Source: a virus
Virus genome (UHGV): UHGV-0245395
DNA: 64,000 nt
Strand: one strand, 5' to 3'
This document shows, one piece after another, positions 46,792 through 57,803 of this stretch. The position numbers were made by a program, and so were the translations under genes. A model generated the notes under the pieces. The model had not been told where the DNA came from. It made no database searches and saw only the letters and a list, made by a program, of their open reading frames with translations. Positions within the stretch are counted from its first letter, which is position 1, and each line of letters starts with the position of its first letter.

Positions 46792-49700
46792 GAATTTAGG
46801 GCAGGTAGCTGCCATATATATAGGTTCTTCTCAACCAACCAACACGAACCTGATTTGGTTGGATAACACGGTTGTGCCTTACGCTTTCAGAGCCTACGAT
46901 GGTTCTACGTGGAGCGAACTGGCAACCCGGGATTGGGTGAAGATGTTTGTTGACGGATGGTTGGTTTCATTACCACCCTCAACACAGGCGGGAGACACGG
47001 ATTACTTGTTAATCAACTCCAACAACGTTAACTACAAGATAACTGTCAAGGAGTTCGTGAAGAGTGCTGTTGGAAACCCGCTTGATTTCAAGGGTGTGAT
47101 TCGAACTGACGCCGATTTCCCGAACCCGGCGAACTGTGAGGCAGGCGATATGTATGTTATCATTACCAGTCCCGCAGGGGGTACAGTTACCGATCCTTAT
47201 TCTGGTCAGATGTTTGAGGATACCGAGAAAATTGTCTGGGATGAGGTGACGAAGAGTTGGGAGTCGTTAGGTAAAATTCAAATCACCGTCGATCTAAGCA
47301 CGGATTATTCAGCAACTAACGTGACAATTAACAGTTCAGCCGGGAAGGGTACGACGATAAACGCGGCCTCGACCTCGCTAGCTGGCGTTATGTTGCCCCA
47401 GCAAGTTAAATTCCTAACCTATTTATCAAACGGATCGACGGTCCCCGGGGACCCATCAGAGTTGGATCCCGATACACCGGCGCACAAGCATAATTACGGT
47501 GATATTCTGGATAGGTTGATAAGCCAGCAAGAAACGGGTGATAGCACCTTCCATCCCATGTCCCAGAAAGCGACGACGGATAACCTTGATCTGAAATTTG
47601 ATAAGGCGAACGTGGTTCAGGTTCAAGGTGCCTCAACGGTCATGGTCATGTCCCAGAAAGCGGTCACGGATGCCATCACCACGCTTGATGAATGGATAAA
47701 GAATGAACTGACGAAATACCTTCCACTATCCGGCGGTGATATGACTGGTGATATTACGCTAGGGAATAGCGTGTATATCCTTGGTGATAACACTTCCGGA
47801 AGGAGTCTTAGAATTGCAGGTGTAAATGCTAATAATCAAGTGGTGATTGGGTCTTTGGAAGCTCCGACGTATATTTTATCCAATTCTTCTGATTTGATCC
47901 ATAGTAGGAATAATGTATCGTACAAGATACTGGATTCCTACAATCTCCCCGATCCGGCCACACTCTCAGGGGATAACACATGGACCGGAACGAATACCTT
48001 TAACGGTATCACGAATATTAATAATTCATTCGTTCTTGCGAACAGCAAAGCCCTTCAGGGAAGGAACGTTGCGGGAACTTTGAATTACGCGATAGGACAG
48101 GTAAACGCCAACAATAATGTCGAGGTGGGTGATACGAGAGTTCCTTTGATGCTGGTATCGAACGACTCCAACTTAATTCATTACAGAGGCACCACCTCGT
48201 ACGGTATATGGGATGCGTATAATTTACCTGATCCGGCGGCCAAATCAGCGGATAACGTTTTCACTGGAACGAACAGTTTCACCGCGGGAAAGTTCAACGT
48301 GGGTGCCTTTGAAGTCACTTCTATCGGGAAACTCCTGATAAACATGACTAACACAGGCGGCTGGGAGAGAAGTCTTTGCTGGATGAATAACAGGGTCGAC
48401 GATTCAAGAATCATGTTCGGCGCTTACGGTAACGCTGATGTTGCTGAATTTGCATGGATAGGAGTGGGCGATGTTCAATATAATACCGCTCAGTATAGGT
48501 TTTACGGTACGTCAATGAGAGTTCCTTCAGCATGGTCACTAGATGATGTAGCTGGAAATTCCTTAGTTTGGACACAAAGTACTCAATTAGCACATTTCGG
48601 TCGTGCGATAGGAACTACCAAAATTAGAAGTGGAAATGTTGACCTGATTCACACCAAGGGAGCAACTGATTACAAGATACTAGATGAATCCAACTACTCT
48701 CAATACTTGCCAACCAACAACAAGTGGACATATGGATTTGTTACTACTTATATTGAAGGATCTAATGCTGATTTCAATACTTTGTTTGCAGGTCCAGATT
48801 CTCCTAAAATAGTATTTAATTACTATCGTCCAATTGGTAATAATACTAACGCCCCCACCGGAATGTCATATGGTGCCGTTTTACAAATAGATGGCAATTA
48901 TAATTCCGTTTATAATAATGTAGTACTTCGACCTCAACTCGCCTTTGATATTAATCATAATGTTGAAAATGGAACTCGTTACATGTGGTTCAGAACCGCC
49001 AACAACCTTGGATTCGGTGATTCATCTAACTGGAAGAGGGTCGTGACCGCAGATGAGAACGTGGCTGCTTTATCGTATGATGAAAACACTTACCCTACAA
49101 TCATGCGGATTGACGGTACCACGTACAATTGGTTAAGGGTGCCTAATCAAGGATTACTGCCTAATACTAAAGCAACTCTTGATTCGGGTGGCACCTCATA
49201 CCTTGGCACCAATGACTGGTCATTTGGTTACGCATCAATACACACCATATACTCTAAAAGGTATATGTTCGGTAATACAGGTGTTGATTTTAGATTAGAC
49301 ACTAATAACAAGATAGCCGCCACCATTTCGGGATCGGCACGAGGGATAGAGATAGGTGATTTGCTTGTTTCCAGTAATTACGGTGAGGATGCGGCAAAAG
49401 TACCTACCAACGGTATATTCGCATCAGGTATTATTAAATCATATTCTGGGTTTTCATCTGATTCTAGAATAAATAATCTTAATATTAGTAAAGCATCAAA
49501 TGATGCTTTACATATTTCATCATTTGCTGAAGAAAATGTAATTAATAAACCGGGGGTCGACCCTGTGAGTGGACAGTCAGTTGGTGATGGAGTAGCTCTT
49601 ACCTATTTCTGGGGCGGAGATTATGCATTTCAATTAGTTGGGGATATTGATGGTACAGGAATGGCGTATAGAAAATACACTCCTTCTACTGGAAATTCTA

Positions 49701-50395
49701 CTGATTGGAAGTTCCTAGCTGATACTAAATGGGTTAATACTAAACTAGGTGGATATTTACCTTTGACAGGTGGAACATTAACTGGTACTTTAAGCATTAA
49801 TAGTGGAGGATCTGAACCTCTTATAATAAATAACTCAGCATCAGCAGGTGAAGCCTATGTAGTTACAAAAACCCAAGGAACAACTAGAGGTGTTATGGGG
49901 TGGAATTCAAGTTTAGGAATGTTTTTGCAAGATAATAGAGGATATACCTTCTCTGTGAAAGCTGATGGTGTTTATTTTGGAGCATCTAGTTCTACATTAA
50001 CAAAACTCTTAACCTCAGCTGACTTGTCTGGATACCTTCCTTTGTCGGGAGGCACCATGACTGGAACAATTACTTTAACTATAAATCAATTGTTAAGGTA
50101 CACGTATAATTCAGAAAATTATACTGCAATATCGGTGACTAAAGATAATCCCGGATACATATCATTGGGGAATTATGCAAGTGGAATGAGAACCTTCCTT
50201 CTTTCTAATGATTCTGATATATTACATTATAGAAGCACGGATAAGGTTAATGGAACTCCTTATAGGATGTGGGACGAGTATAATCTTCCCTCTCCTGTGA
50301 AATCAACTTCAACGAAGAAAGTGACTGATATTCAAGTTGTCGATGCTTTACCGGCAACACAAGAAAGTGGGGTTTTATATTTGGTAGTAAAATAA
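46784..50395 (+). CDS. Tail fibre protein
   Basis: SQKA(T/V)TD, three YLPL(S/T)GG.(M/L)TG, repeated Y..(W/L)D..NLP modules, C-terminal VVDALPATQESGVLYLV. Confidence 0.9.
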   Translation: MIRNLGQVAAIYIGSSQPTNTNLIWLDNTVVPYAFRAYDGSTWSELATRDWVKMFVDGWLVSLPPSTQAGDTDYLLINSNNVNYKITVKEFVKSAVGNPLDFKGVIRTDADFPNPANCEAGDMYVIITSPAGGTVTDPYSGQMFEDTEKIVWDEVTKSWESLGKIQITVDLSTDYSATNVTINSSAGKGTTINAASTSLAGVMLPQQVKFLTYLSNGSTVPGDPSELDPDTPAHKHNYGDILDRLISQQETGDSTFHPMSQKATTDNLDLKFDKANVVQVQGASTVMVMSQKAVTDAITTLDEWIKNELTKYLPLSGGDMTGDITLGNSVYILGDNTSGRSLRIAGVNANNQVVIGSLEAPTYILSNSSDLIHSRNNVSYKILDSYNLPDPATLSGDNTWTGTNTFNGITNINNSFVLANSKALQGRNVAGTLNYAIGQVNANNNVEVGDTRVPLMLVSNDSNLIHYRGTTSYGIWDAYNLPDPAAKSADNVFTGTNSFTAGKFNVGAFEVTSIGKLLINMTNTGGWERSLCWMNNRVDDSRIMFGAYGNADVAEFAWIGVGDVQYNTAQYRFYGTSMRVPSAWSLDDVAGNSLVWTQSTQLAHFGRAIGTTKIRSGNVDLIHTKGATDYKILDESNYSQYLPTNNKWTYGFVTTYIEGSNADFNTLFAGPDSPKIVFNYYRPIGNNTNAPTGMSYGAVLQIDGNYNSVYNNVVLRPQLAFDINHNVENGTRYMWFRTANNLGFGDSSNWKRVVTADENVAALSYDENTYPTIMRIDGTTYNWLRVPNQGLLPNTKATLDSGGTSYLGTNDWSFGYASIHTIYSKRYMFGNTGVDFRLDTNNKIAATISGSARGIEIGDLLVSSNYGEDAAKVPTNGIFASGIIKSYSGFSSDSRINNLNISKASNDALHISSFAEENVINKPGVDPVSGQSVGDGVALTYFWGGDYAFQLVGDIDGTGMAYRKYTPSTGNSTDWKFLADTKWVNTKLGGYLPLTGGTLTGTLSINSGGSEPLIINNSASAGEAYVVTKTQGTTRGVMGWNSSLGMFLQDNRGYTFSVKADGVYFGASSSTLTKLLTSADLSGYLPLSGGTMTGTITLTINQLLRYTYNSENYTAISVTKDNPGYISLGNYASGMRTFLLSNDSDILHYRSTDKVNGTPYRMWDEYNLPSPVKSTSTKKVTDIQVVDALPATQESGVLYLVVK

Positions 50396-50399
50396 GGAT

Positions 50400-51656
50400 A
50401 TGGGAATAACGTTAGGAACATTAGGGGACTTGAAGGCAGGAGCTTTTGAAGGTGGAAACTTGGTAGAGGCGTGGTATGAAGGCGTGAAGGTATGGCCAGT
50501 GGCAGGTATAAGCACTGTTCTAAAATTAAAACCCACGGTATACCTCCCGTTAGGTGGGGACATTGATGATTACTCCGGGAACGGTAATAACCCGGTTGAT
50601 CACGCGGGGAATATATCTTATTACATGATCGGGTTTAACGGTTCCCCCTGCTTGGACTTGTCTGGTGGGGGGGTAGCCCTTCGTTTACCGGACGTGGTAA
50701 AGGGAACGCGATCATTCACCATATCCGTGTGCGCGTATAGTCGCGCGGAAGCTAACACGACTTATGATGGGATCATGGGTGGTGTTATACATGGTAATGG
50801 AACGATGGGTCTTGGATACGCTATGGGTCTTGATTCCCCGGGAACCCCCATGGATAAAGTGATGAGGTTCCAAGTGTACAATGGAGCGTCAAATCAAGTA
50901 TGTAAAGCCACTGTTACAAACTGGATGGTGGACGGGTGGAATCATTTGATAGTCGTGTTCGACTGGCCTTCAAAAACTTTTGACTTTTATTTAAACGGTA
51001 AAAAATATGGCTTAATGTCCCCTTCTGACCATCCCCTTAATGGACCTGTCGATTACGGTAGTACTGGCGTGATGGGGTGGGATGGGAACATATGGCTTGG
51101 TAGGGCTTTCCACAACACGACAGAACCCCTTGACTGGTGGGACGGTTGCTTGCAAGAGTACTCGTATTTTAACAGGGCGCTTGCCGGGATGGAGCTTCAA
51201 TTATTGCACAGGGTGTACAAGGGGAATATGATCGTAAGCTCGTCTAAATCGCCATCAATAGATTCGTGGGGTAGTATCAAGCCTTACGTGTGTACCGGGG
51301 GTACTGGAACAACGACAAACAAGATAGTTCCTAACATGGTTGAAGCGTCTACAACGAACAAGTTAACAATAAGTAAAGCGAATAGCTCGTGCTTGTATTT
51401 AAGTAGGTCCATGTCAAAAGACGTGGGTGTTACTGATGATTTAGGGGATTACGATTTAGTGGCAACGGGAGCCATAAGTGGTAGTAATATTCCGATTGCA
51501 TTGGGTGATTGGCACAAAAATATTGTTAATAATCTTGATGGGAGTGGTTGTTATATTCCACTCAATCTAAATTTAATTCCACCGAATGTTGATGCAACAT
51601 TTACCTTTACATTCCAAGGAGTTGCTCAAACATTCGGTGCTAGGATAACGGCTTGA
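50400..51656 (+). CDS. LamG / concanavalin-A-like putative receptor-binding protein
   Basis: DYSGNGNN, SFTISV, WNHLIVVFD, FYLNGK, YFNRAL. Confidence 0.8.
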   Translation: MGITLGTLGDLKAGAFEGGNLVEAWYEGVKVWPVAGISTVLKLKPTVYLPLGGDIDDYSGNGNNPVDHAGNISYYMIGFNGSPCLDLSGGGVALRLPDVVKGTRSFTISVCAYSRAEANTTYDGIMGGVIHGNGTMGLGYAMGLDSPGTPMDKVMRFQVYNGASNQVCKATVTNWMVDGWNHLIVVFDWPSKTFDFYLNGKKYGLMSPSDHPLNGPVDYGSTGVMGWDGNIWLGRAFHNTTEPLDWWDGCLQEYSYFNRALAGMELQLLHRVYKGNMIVSSSKSPSIDSWGSIKPYVCTGGTGTTTNKIVPNMVEASTTNKLTISKANSSCLYLSRSMSKDVGVTDDLGDYDLVATGAISGSNIPIALGDWHKNIVNNLDGSGCYIPLNLNLIPPNVDATFTFTFQGVAQTFGARITA

Positions 51657-51685
51657 TTGATAGATAAACCTCATCTGATTGCGGG

Positions 51686-51713
51686 GAATAATCCTTTGAT
51701 TAAAGGATTATTC
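51686..51713. terminator. Intergenic hairpin
   Basis: GAATAATCCTTT-GATT-AAAGGATTATTC. Confidence 0.55.
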
Positions 51714-51743
51714 TTCTTATCTTTACGGAATAAATGAGGTTTT

Positions 51744-54700
51744 ATGATTATCGAAAATAAGACAACGGAAAATGGTGACGTGCTTCGAATCAGCACCGAC
51801 GTGCCTGTTTTAGGTTTGGTTCTTCTATACGGTTTCTTGGATAACACATCGGGGGAATCGCCCGATATGTATTTCCAAAAGAAATTCCGTTATTCAAAAG
51901 ATATAGGTATTAACTGGAGCGACTGGCAACTTCTAACTGCGGCTAACATCCAGAACGTACCGATCAAGAACAAGGAATCATTCCTGTTTGAATACGCGTA
52001 CCAGCATGAGGGGAGAAACGGCGAACTTTATTTCAACTGGGTTCAGTTGGAGGGAGAGGTGAATCAGGGAGATGACACCATTTATTCAAAGACCGATTTC
52101 AAGCAATTTTTTGACGTCAATGATATAAACGTGCTGGGTTGGGCGTTTAACGTGCTGGAGAAATTATACCAGCAGGGAATCCTACCTAAGTACGTGCAAA
52201 GGGATTACACGGAGAACAGCAAGGATTTTATCGACTATTGGCTGTCCGTGACGCATTTCTTCGCCCTTATTGTTTATATGGCGCGTCAATTTCAAGATAT
52301 ACCGGGAAATAATATTTTGTTCAACCTATTCCTTGAGGGGAAGGGATTGGCGCTCTCCGGCGAGGAAACACAGCTCCAACGGAACTATCTGTTCGCGCAT
52401 TATATCGATGAGTACCGAAAGAGAGGTACCGCGAGTATTATAGACCCGGATGGAACCGTGTACGGGGAATTTTTGAGATTGATTAATTACGATCCGCAAG
52501 AAGAATTCATGTTCTTTAATCTGGTGAGGCAAAACCTGGGATGGTGCTGTGATTTTTCATCACCTATGTGGATAGGAACTGAGCAGATATTGAACGCAAC
52601 GAAAGCGTATGAGTATTCCGAATCGGTGAAGGATCTAACCAAGTATCCAATCGTGGGATCGGTTGATGTGTTTCAGTACGGCGATTATGAGTGGCTACGG
52701 CTGGCAACCACGGCGGGCACGAACGGGATTGATGTGGCGTCACCTACCCGAGAGAACCTTCAGAAGATATCCCCGTCAATACCCTATGAGATCTATTTCA
52801 GGGTGATAGCGATATCCGCTGACGGAACGGCACCTGATCATTTGAATTTCGGGGTTAAGGGGTATGATGAAAACCTTCAATTACTTGATTTCCTTAACGC
52901 TCAAACGGGGCAAGCGCAGAACTCATTCTTCACCGAAGTTCCGACACGCGTGCTTTACAAGGTTAATACCGAGTATTGGTTCCGGGCGGTTATATGGAGG
53001 GCGGATGAAGTGCCGGGTGCATCAATGAACTTGAATTTCCTGAACGGCGTTCCGTTGATTTCCAACAGGGATATGAAATATTTCACACCGGTGATCACAC
53101 AATCATACGTTGCGGGTGATAAATCACTGTTGATACGCGATGTTAAAATCAAACCGCTCCAATTATCCGTGGAACAGGGGTATCTGAGCTCGATTCTTCC
53201 GATAGCGACTTACTTCTACAATAATTCAGGGAGGGAAGATTCCTATATCAAGGATTTTACAGAACAGTACCTTTTAAGCTATAAGAACAACGTTTTGTTA
53301 CCGACTTATTTGGCTGATGTTGATGTTATATTCTTCGTTTTAACCATCACATGGCAACCAACGGATGGTGGTGTCGTTGTGGGGGCCGGAACATACCGGC
53401 AAGGGGATATCGCGACGATCAGGATCACCCCTAGTGTTGGGTACCAGATCGATTCAGTGGTGATAGATGGTGAGATGAAAACGCCCGCCAACCAGTATCT
53501 TGTATCCATGACTAAGAACATTCAGGCGAACGTCGTGTTTAAGAAAACACTGGCGAATTTCGTCACCCAGAAAAGAGCTTTCTCCTTCGAGGGAACACAA
53601 TACGATGGCAACTTGGTTATTGATTGGGGGGATGGTATAACTACGACGAATACCTTGACCCATAGATACACCGATAGTTTGCAACAGCATATCATAACGG
53701 TTAACGAGGGCGATATAACGACGTTGAATGTACCGGATAATGAGATCCTTTCGGCTAATTTCGTTAATATGCCGAATATTGATGTGTTGAACATGGATAA
53801 TAACCTTCTGACGCAATTGGATGTTTCATCACTAACGAAGGTAACGTCCGTTTCATTATCTGGAAACCAGCTGGCGAACATATCGTTGACCGCTAACCCG
53901 GAAATTAATTACTTGGATCTGGCACAGAACAGCTTTTCGTCCATCGATTTATCAACGTTGGCGAAGTTAAGGAATCTGATATTGAAGGATAATCAACTTA
54001 CCTCGCTGGATCTATCTTTGAATACGGCGTTGATTAATCTTGACGCGGATAATAACGTGATGACATCGTTGAATCTGGGACAGGGAACCTCCCTTAAAAC
54101 GGTAACAGTTTACAATAACAAGTTAACCTCGTTCTCCCTGCCGACATCCAATATTCTCACTTCCCTGAATATAGGGAAGAATAATCTGGCGTCAGCGTCA
54201 TTCACTGGTGCGACATACAGCAAGCTTGAAACCTTGTTGATATCCGATATGCCGGTATTGAAAACTTTATCCGTTACAAGCATATCAACCTTGGCTGAGT
54301 TAACAGCCAGGAACAACGCTCAGGCAACCACCTACACGATAACGGGGAATGTGAAACTTCCGGCTCTCGATATATCAGGGTGCACGGTTCTGTACACGGC
54401 AACATGTAACGGTAATACCTTGCTATCATCCGTTAATGTGAATAATGACAGCACGCTGTACACGCTGAATTTGGATGATTGCGTGTTGACTGCCATTTCG
54501 TTGAACACGAATATAGCGTTGAACACGCTATCGATAAATAACAATAAATTAACAACTTTCTCAGCGCCATATTGCACGGCACTTGCTTCATTGAGTTTGG
54601 ATAATAATCAATTAGGTTCAATAACGTTAAACAATAACACCAAGTTAGTGGTATTATCAGTTTCAAATAATAAATTGACCACTCTCGGTATATTCTCACC

Positions 54701-57002
54701 GATATTGAGAACGTTGGATTGTGATCATAACCTTTTAACTTCAACGTCGACAACTAATTGGCAAAATATCACAACACTTGAATCCGTGGATGGAAGAAAT
54801 AATAACTTCACGTCATTCATGTTTGATAATAATCCATCGATTAAAACGATTAAACTTGATGATTGCGTTAATCTAACAACGGTTAGAATAACTTATAATC
54901 CTCAACTCGCCAATCTAACATTGTCAGGTAATGTAGCGTTAACAAATTTGGTTGGGTATAATAACGCGCTGACTTCAGTCACGGTTGATGGCGATATTTA
55001 TTTATCAGAGGTGTCACTCGGAAATAATCAAATAAGTAGTTTCAGTTACGTTGGATGCAAGAGAATAAAGACCTTACTTTTGGATTCAAATCTATTAACT
55101 TCCATTGACGCTGATTATCTGGGTGAGACGCTCGAGACACTATCGATTAATAAAAACAGGTTGACTGAATTAACACTTACAAAAACAACCGAACTAAAAT
55201 ATGTGTCATGTAATAATAATCTCATGACATCATTAACGATAGAACCTGATGAGGCACCTGAACAAACAACGGTTGAATCAATTGTTGACGATTTAAGCAC
55301 TCAGCCATATATCGCATATCTGTTTAACGGAAACACCAATAAAATGAATCGGAGTTTACTCTCACTTGATTCATTTACCGGTGTTTCCTATACATCAGGT
55401 TATGAACCGGGAAGACAGGCCCTTCAGTGTAACACTACATATTGCCAAATGCCGTTAACAATGAGTTCGAATACCACTGATCAGGTGTGCGCAAGTGTGA
55501 TGATCTATCCAACCGATAACGACCCATCTGTGTATAATGGTATTTTCGGTGGGTTGATGTTTGGTTTGAATATAGGTAAATTTGGTTGGGCCCTCGGATG
55601 GGGTGGGAATAATTTTGAGAATAAATTAAATCTTGGTTTATATACAACCTCGGGCCGACTTGCATTACAAGGACCTGTTCTTGAGCCGAATGAGTGGCAC
55701 CATATAATGTTTAATATAAATTATACTGGTGCGGCGGGAAGTCCGTGGTCAATGACATTGTATGTTGACGGGGTTCGTTATACAAATAGTGGTAATCCGG
55801 GCGGTGATCATTTGGATTTCGATGGTTTGGAATCATCAACGGGAACGCGGAATTTATTCATCGGACGGGCATATCAATTAGGATGGAAATATTTTAGGGG
55901 AAAGATGCAGGATCCAATAATCGGATATAGTAATTTTTCAGAAAACGATTTTGATATACTGAATAACTATTATAAATCTGCGGGAACCGTGGTGAGATTT
56001 GAGAATTTAACCACGTTGGATTGTTCAAATAATCAACTCACAACACTTGACTTAACTCATGCTGATTGTTTAACGGATCTTGATTGCTCCTATAATTTAC
56101 TGGGTAAAGATACCCCGGTAACTGAACAGGCAATTACATTCGGAACCGCCTTTGTTCAGAATCCCTTAACAAGATTAATCGCAAGTAACAACCAATTGAA
56201 AATGATTGTACTTTCGAATAATGAGAATTTAGTTACTGTTGATGTCAGTGATAATCCTGATTTATCCGATCTATTAACGAATATATCAATCGGTGCCATG
56301 GGAAAGGCAAAAACGTTACTGGCGTACAATACTGCGATCCCTGGATTCGGTCATTTTATATGGCCCGCGTTAGTTAAACTTGATTTACACAACACACCGG
56401 TAAATCAATATCTTCCATCGGGAACAACGGGGCTTATTGAATACCTCGATATATCCGAAACACGATTCCCGTCCCTTGCAATTACAACAATGCTTGGTCA
56501 AAATGCGGCGAAATTAAGGGAAGTGTATTTGAAAAATTTGACCCATTTCCCGGATGATTTCGAACTTGAAGTCTATAATATGCCGAACTTGAAGAGATTG
56601 GATATAAGCGGATCCAATATTCCACGTATAAATTTTGAAAAAGGAACAACATTTACATTAAGTGTCGAGTGGTTATCAGTTGAGAACTGCCAACAGCTTT
56701 CCGTATTACCGACATATACCTTGGTAAATGCAACATATTTGAATTTTGCTAATTCAAATATATCCAGCATCATTCCAACATCGGAACCCCAGAAGTTTGA
56801 GGAGATTCATTCCGAACATTCATATTTGGCATCGAACTTCAGTACAAACTATAACAGTTTCTTGGGTAATTTGAATTCAACAACAACGGGTAAATATTAT
56901 TATTCAAGCGATGATATCTATATAAAAGATACGGCATCTGGAGGTTGGGGATTTGGCGACCTCCTGAAGGCCGCAGGGTGGACATTAATTTTGGTTGATT
57001 AA
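51744..57002 (+). CDS. Large baseplate protein with Ig repeat, PKD-like, leucine-rich repeats and inserted LamG domain
   Basis: YRKRGT wedge-like N-part; IDWGDG; many LxxLxxxxNxLxxLxL repeats; WHHIMF...LYVDG...LFIGR. Confidence 0.8.
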   Translation: MIIENKTTENGDVLRISTDVPVLGLVLLYGFLDNTSGESPDMYFQKKFRYSKDIGINWSDWQLLTAANIQNVPIKNKESFLFEYAYQHEGRNGELYFNWVQLEGEVNQGDDTIYSKTDFKQFFDVNDINVLGWAFNVLEKLYQQGILPKYVQRDYTENSKDFIDYWLSVTHFFALIVYMARQFQDIPGNNILFNLFLEGKGLALSGEETQLQRNYLFAHYIDEYRKRGTASIIDPDGTVYGEFLRLINYDPQEEFMFFNLVRQNLGWCCDFSSPMWIGTEQILNATKAYEYSESVKDLTKYPIVGSVDVFQYGDYEWLRLATTAGTNGIDVASPTRENLQKISPSIPYEIYFRVIAISADGTAPDHLNFGVKGYDENLQLLDFLNAQTGQAQNSFFTEVPTRVLYKVNTEYWFRAVIWRADEVPGASMNLNFLNGVPLISNRDMKYFTPVITQSYVAGDKSLLIRDVKIKPLQLSVEQGYLSSILPIATYFYNNSGREDSYIKDFTEQYLLSYKNNVLLPTYLADVDVIFFVLTITWQPTDGGVVVGAGTYRQGDIATIRITPSVGYQIDSVVIDGEMKTPANQYLVSMTKNIQANVVFKKTLANFVTQKRAFSFEGTQYDGNLVIDWGDGITTTNTLTHRYTDSLQQHIITVNEGDITTLNVPDNEILSANFVNMPNIDVLNMDNNLLTQLDVSSLTKVTSVSLSGNQLANISLTANPEINYLDLAQNSFSSIDLSTLAKLRNLILKDNQLTSLDLSLNTALINLDADNNVMTSLNLGQGTSLKTVTVYNNKLTSFSLPTSNILTSLNIGKNNLASASFTGATYSKLETLLISDMPVLKTLSVTSISTLAELTARNNAQATTYTITGNVKLPALDISGCTVLYTATCNGNTLLSSVNVNNDSTLYTLNLDDCVLTAISLNTNIALNTLSINNNKLTTFSAPYCTALASLSLDNNQLGSITLNNNTKLVVLSVSNNKLTTLGIFSPILRTLDCDHNLLTSTSTTNWQNITTLESVDGRNNNFTSFMFDNNPSIKTIKLDDCVNLTTVRITYNPQLANLTLSGNVALTNLVGYNNALTSVTVDGDIYLSEVSLGNNQISSFSYVGCKRIKTLLLDSNLLTSIDADYLGETLETLSINKNRLTELTLTKTTELKYVSCNNNLMTSLTIEPDEAPEQTTVESIVDDLSTQPYIAYLFNGNTNKMNRSLLSLDSFTGVSYTSGYEPGRQALQCNTTYCQMPLTMSSNTTDQVCASVMIYPTDNDPSVYNGIFGGLMFGLNIGKFGWALGWGGNNFENKLNLGLYTTSGRLALQGPVLEPNEWHHIMFNINYTGAAGSPWSMTLYVDGVRYTNSGNPGGDHLDFDGLESSTGTRNLFIGRAYQLGWKYFRGKMQDPIIGYSNFSENDFDILNNYYKSAGTVVRFENLTTLDCSNNQLTTLDLTHADCLTDLDCSYNLLGKDTPVTEQAITFGTAFVQNPLTRLIASNNQLKMIVLSNNENLVTVDVSDNPDLSDLLTNISIGAMGKAKTLLAYNTAIPGFGHFIWPALVKLDLHNTPVNQYLPSGTTGLIEYLDISETRFPSLAITTMLGQNAAKLREVYLKNLTHFPDDFELEVYNMPNLKRLDISGSNIPRINFEKGTTFTLSVEWLSVENCQQLSVLPTYTLVNATYLNFANSNISSIIPTSEPQKFEEIHSEHSYLASNFSTNYNSFLGNLNSTTTGKYYYSSDDIYIKDTASGGWGFGDLLKAAGWTLILVD

Positions 57003-57013
57003 ATATTTGATAT

Positions 57014-57793
57014 ATGAGTAAGTTAAATTATAATAGAAGAACTTTTTTATCGAAAGAAGAATTGCAACAAGAACAGATCTTTCGCTCAAGCCAGTCAATG
57101 AGTGAAATCTTGTTGATGAAGATGACGAAAACTTGGGGTATCGTTGGTGGTAATTCTACCCAGGATTTAATGGTGACGGCGGATACGAACCCCGGGTCAA
57201 TCCGGATAGCACCGGGATATATTCTGACGAAGAACCAGCAACTAATCACGGTACCTGAAATTCGACAATTACCCGTGCCGGGAAACGGGGTTGCTTATTA
57301 TGTGTTTTTAGCCTATGATACTGTTGCATGGGAGGTTGGATCCGTTTCGGTTGATGTGAATGGAAATCTGAATGGTATCGGAACTGAGTTTTTGAGCGTG
57401 TTAAGGGGCCAGGGAAGCCAGGCACCTGTTAATATTAAGTTCGCGAAAGAAGATGGATCGGCACCTTTAAATAACGGTGTTTACGAGGTAGTGGAAGTGG
57501 TGAACGGAAACTCAGCGGTTATCAATTCTTATAACAGCTTGGTTGCCGAGACAAACCTGAAAATGATAGTTCTGGGCACCCTCCCTATCGGAACGAATTT
57601 CTTGGAAGAGCAGATGAACGGGTTGTATTCATATGATAGTTATGACGCGACGAAACTTCTAACCATATCCAATAATGGGAACCCACCTGCCTTCGTGGAG
57701 GACGAGGAATTTTTGTTGGCGAAAGTTATAAATAATAACGGAGTTGTTTCGATTTCTGATCAGACAACGTTACGCAAGTATTGGTCAATTTAA
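57014..57793 (+). CDS. Baseplate/tail-associated protein
   Basis: ELQQEQ, IRIAPGY motifs; synteny. Confidence 0.6.
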   Translation: MSKLNYNRRTFLSKEELQQEQIFRSSQSMSEILLMKMTKTWGIVGGNSTQDLMVTADTNPGSIRIAPGYILTKNQQLITVPEIRQLPVPGNGVAYYVFLAYDTVAWEVGSVSVDVNGNLNGIGTEFLSVLRGQGSQAPVNIKFAKEDGSAPLNNGVYEVVEVVNGNSAVINSYNSLVAETNLKMIVLGTLPIGTNFLEEQMNGLYSYDSYDATKLLTISNNGNPPAFVEDEEFLLAKVINNNGVVSISDQTTLRKYWSI

Positions 57794-57803
57794 CTGAGTA
57801 AAG

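Noticed and set aside
47441..47452. GTCCCCGGGGAC palindrome similar to the intergenic one
   Set aside because: It lies inside the fibre coding sequence (Val-Pro-Gly-Asp) and is plausibly chance.
46784..51656. Diversity-generating retroelement or invertible fibre cassette
   Set aside because: No reverse transcriptase or invertase in the window, and no near-identical DNA repeat differing only at adenines was seen.
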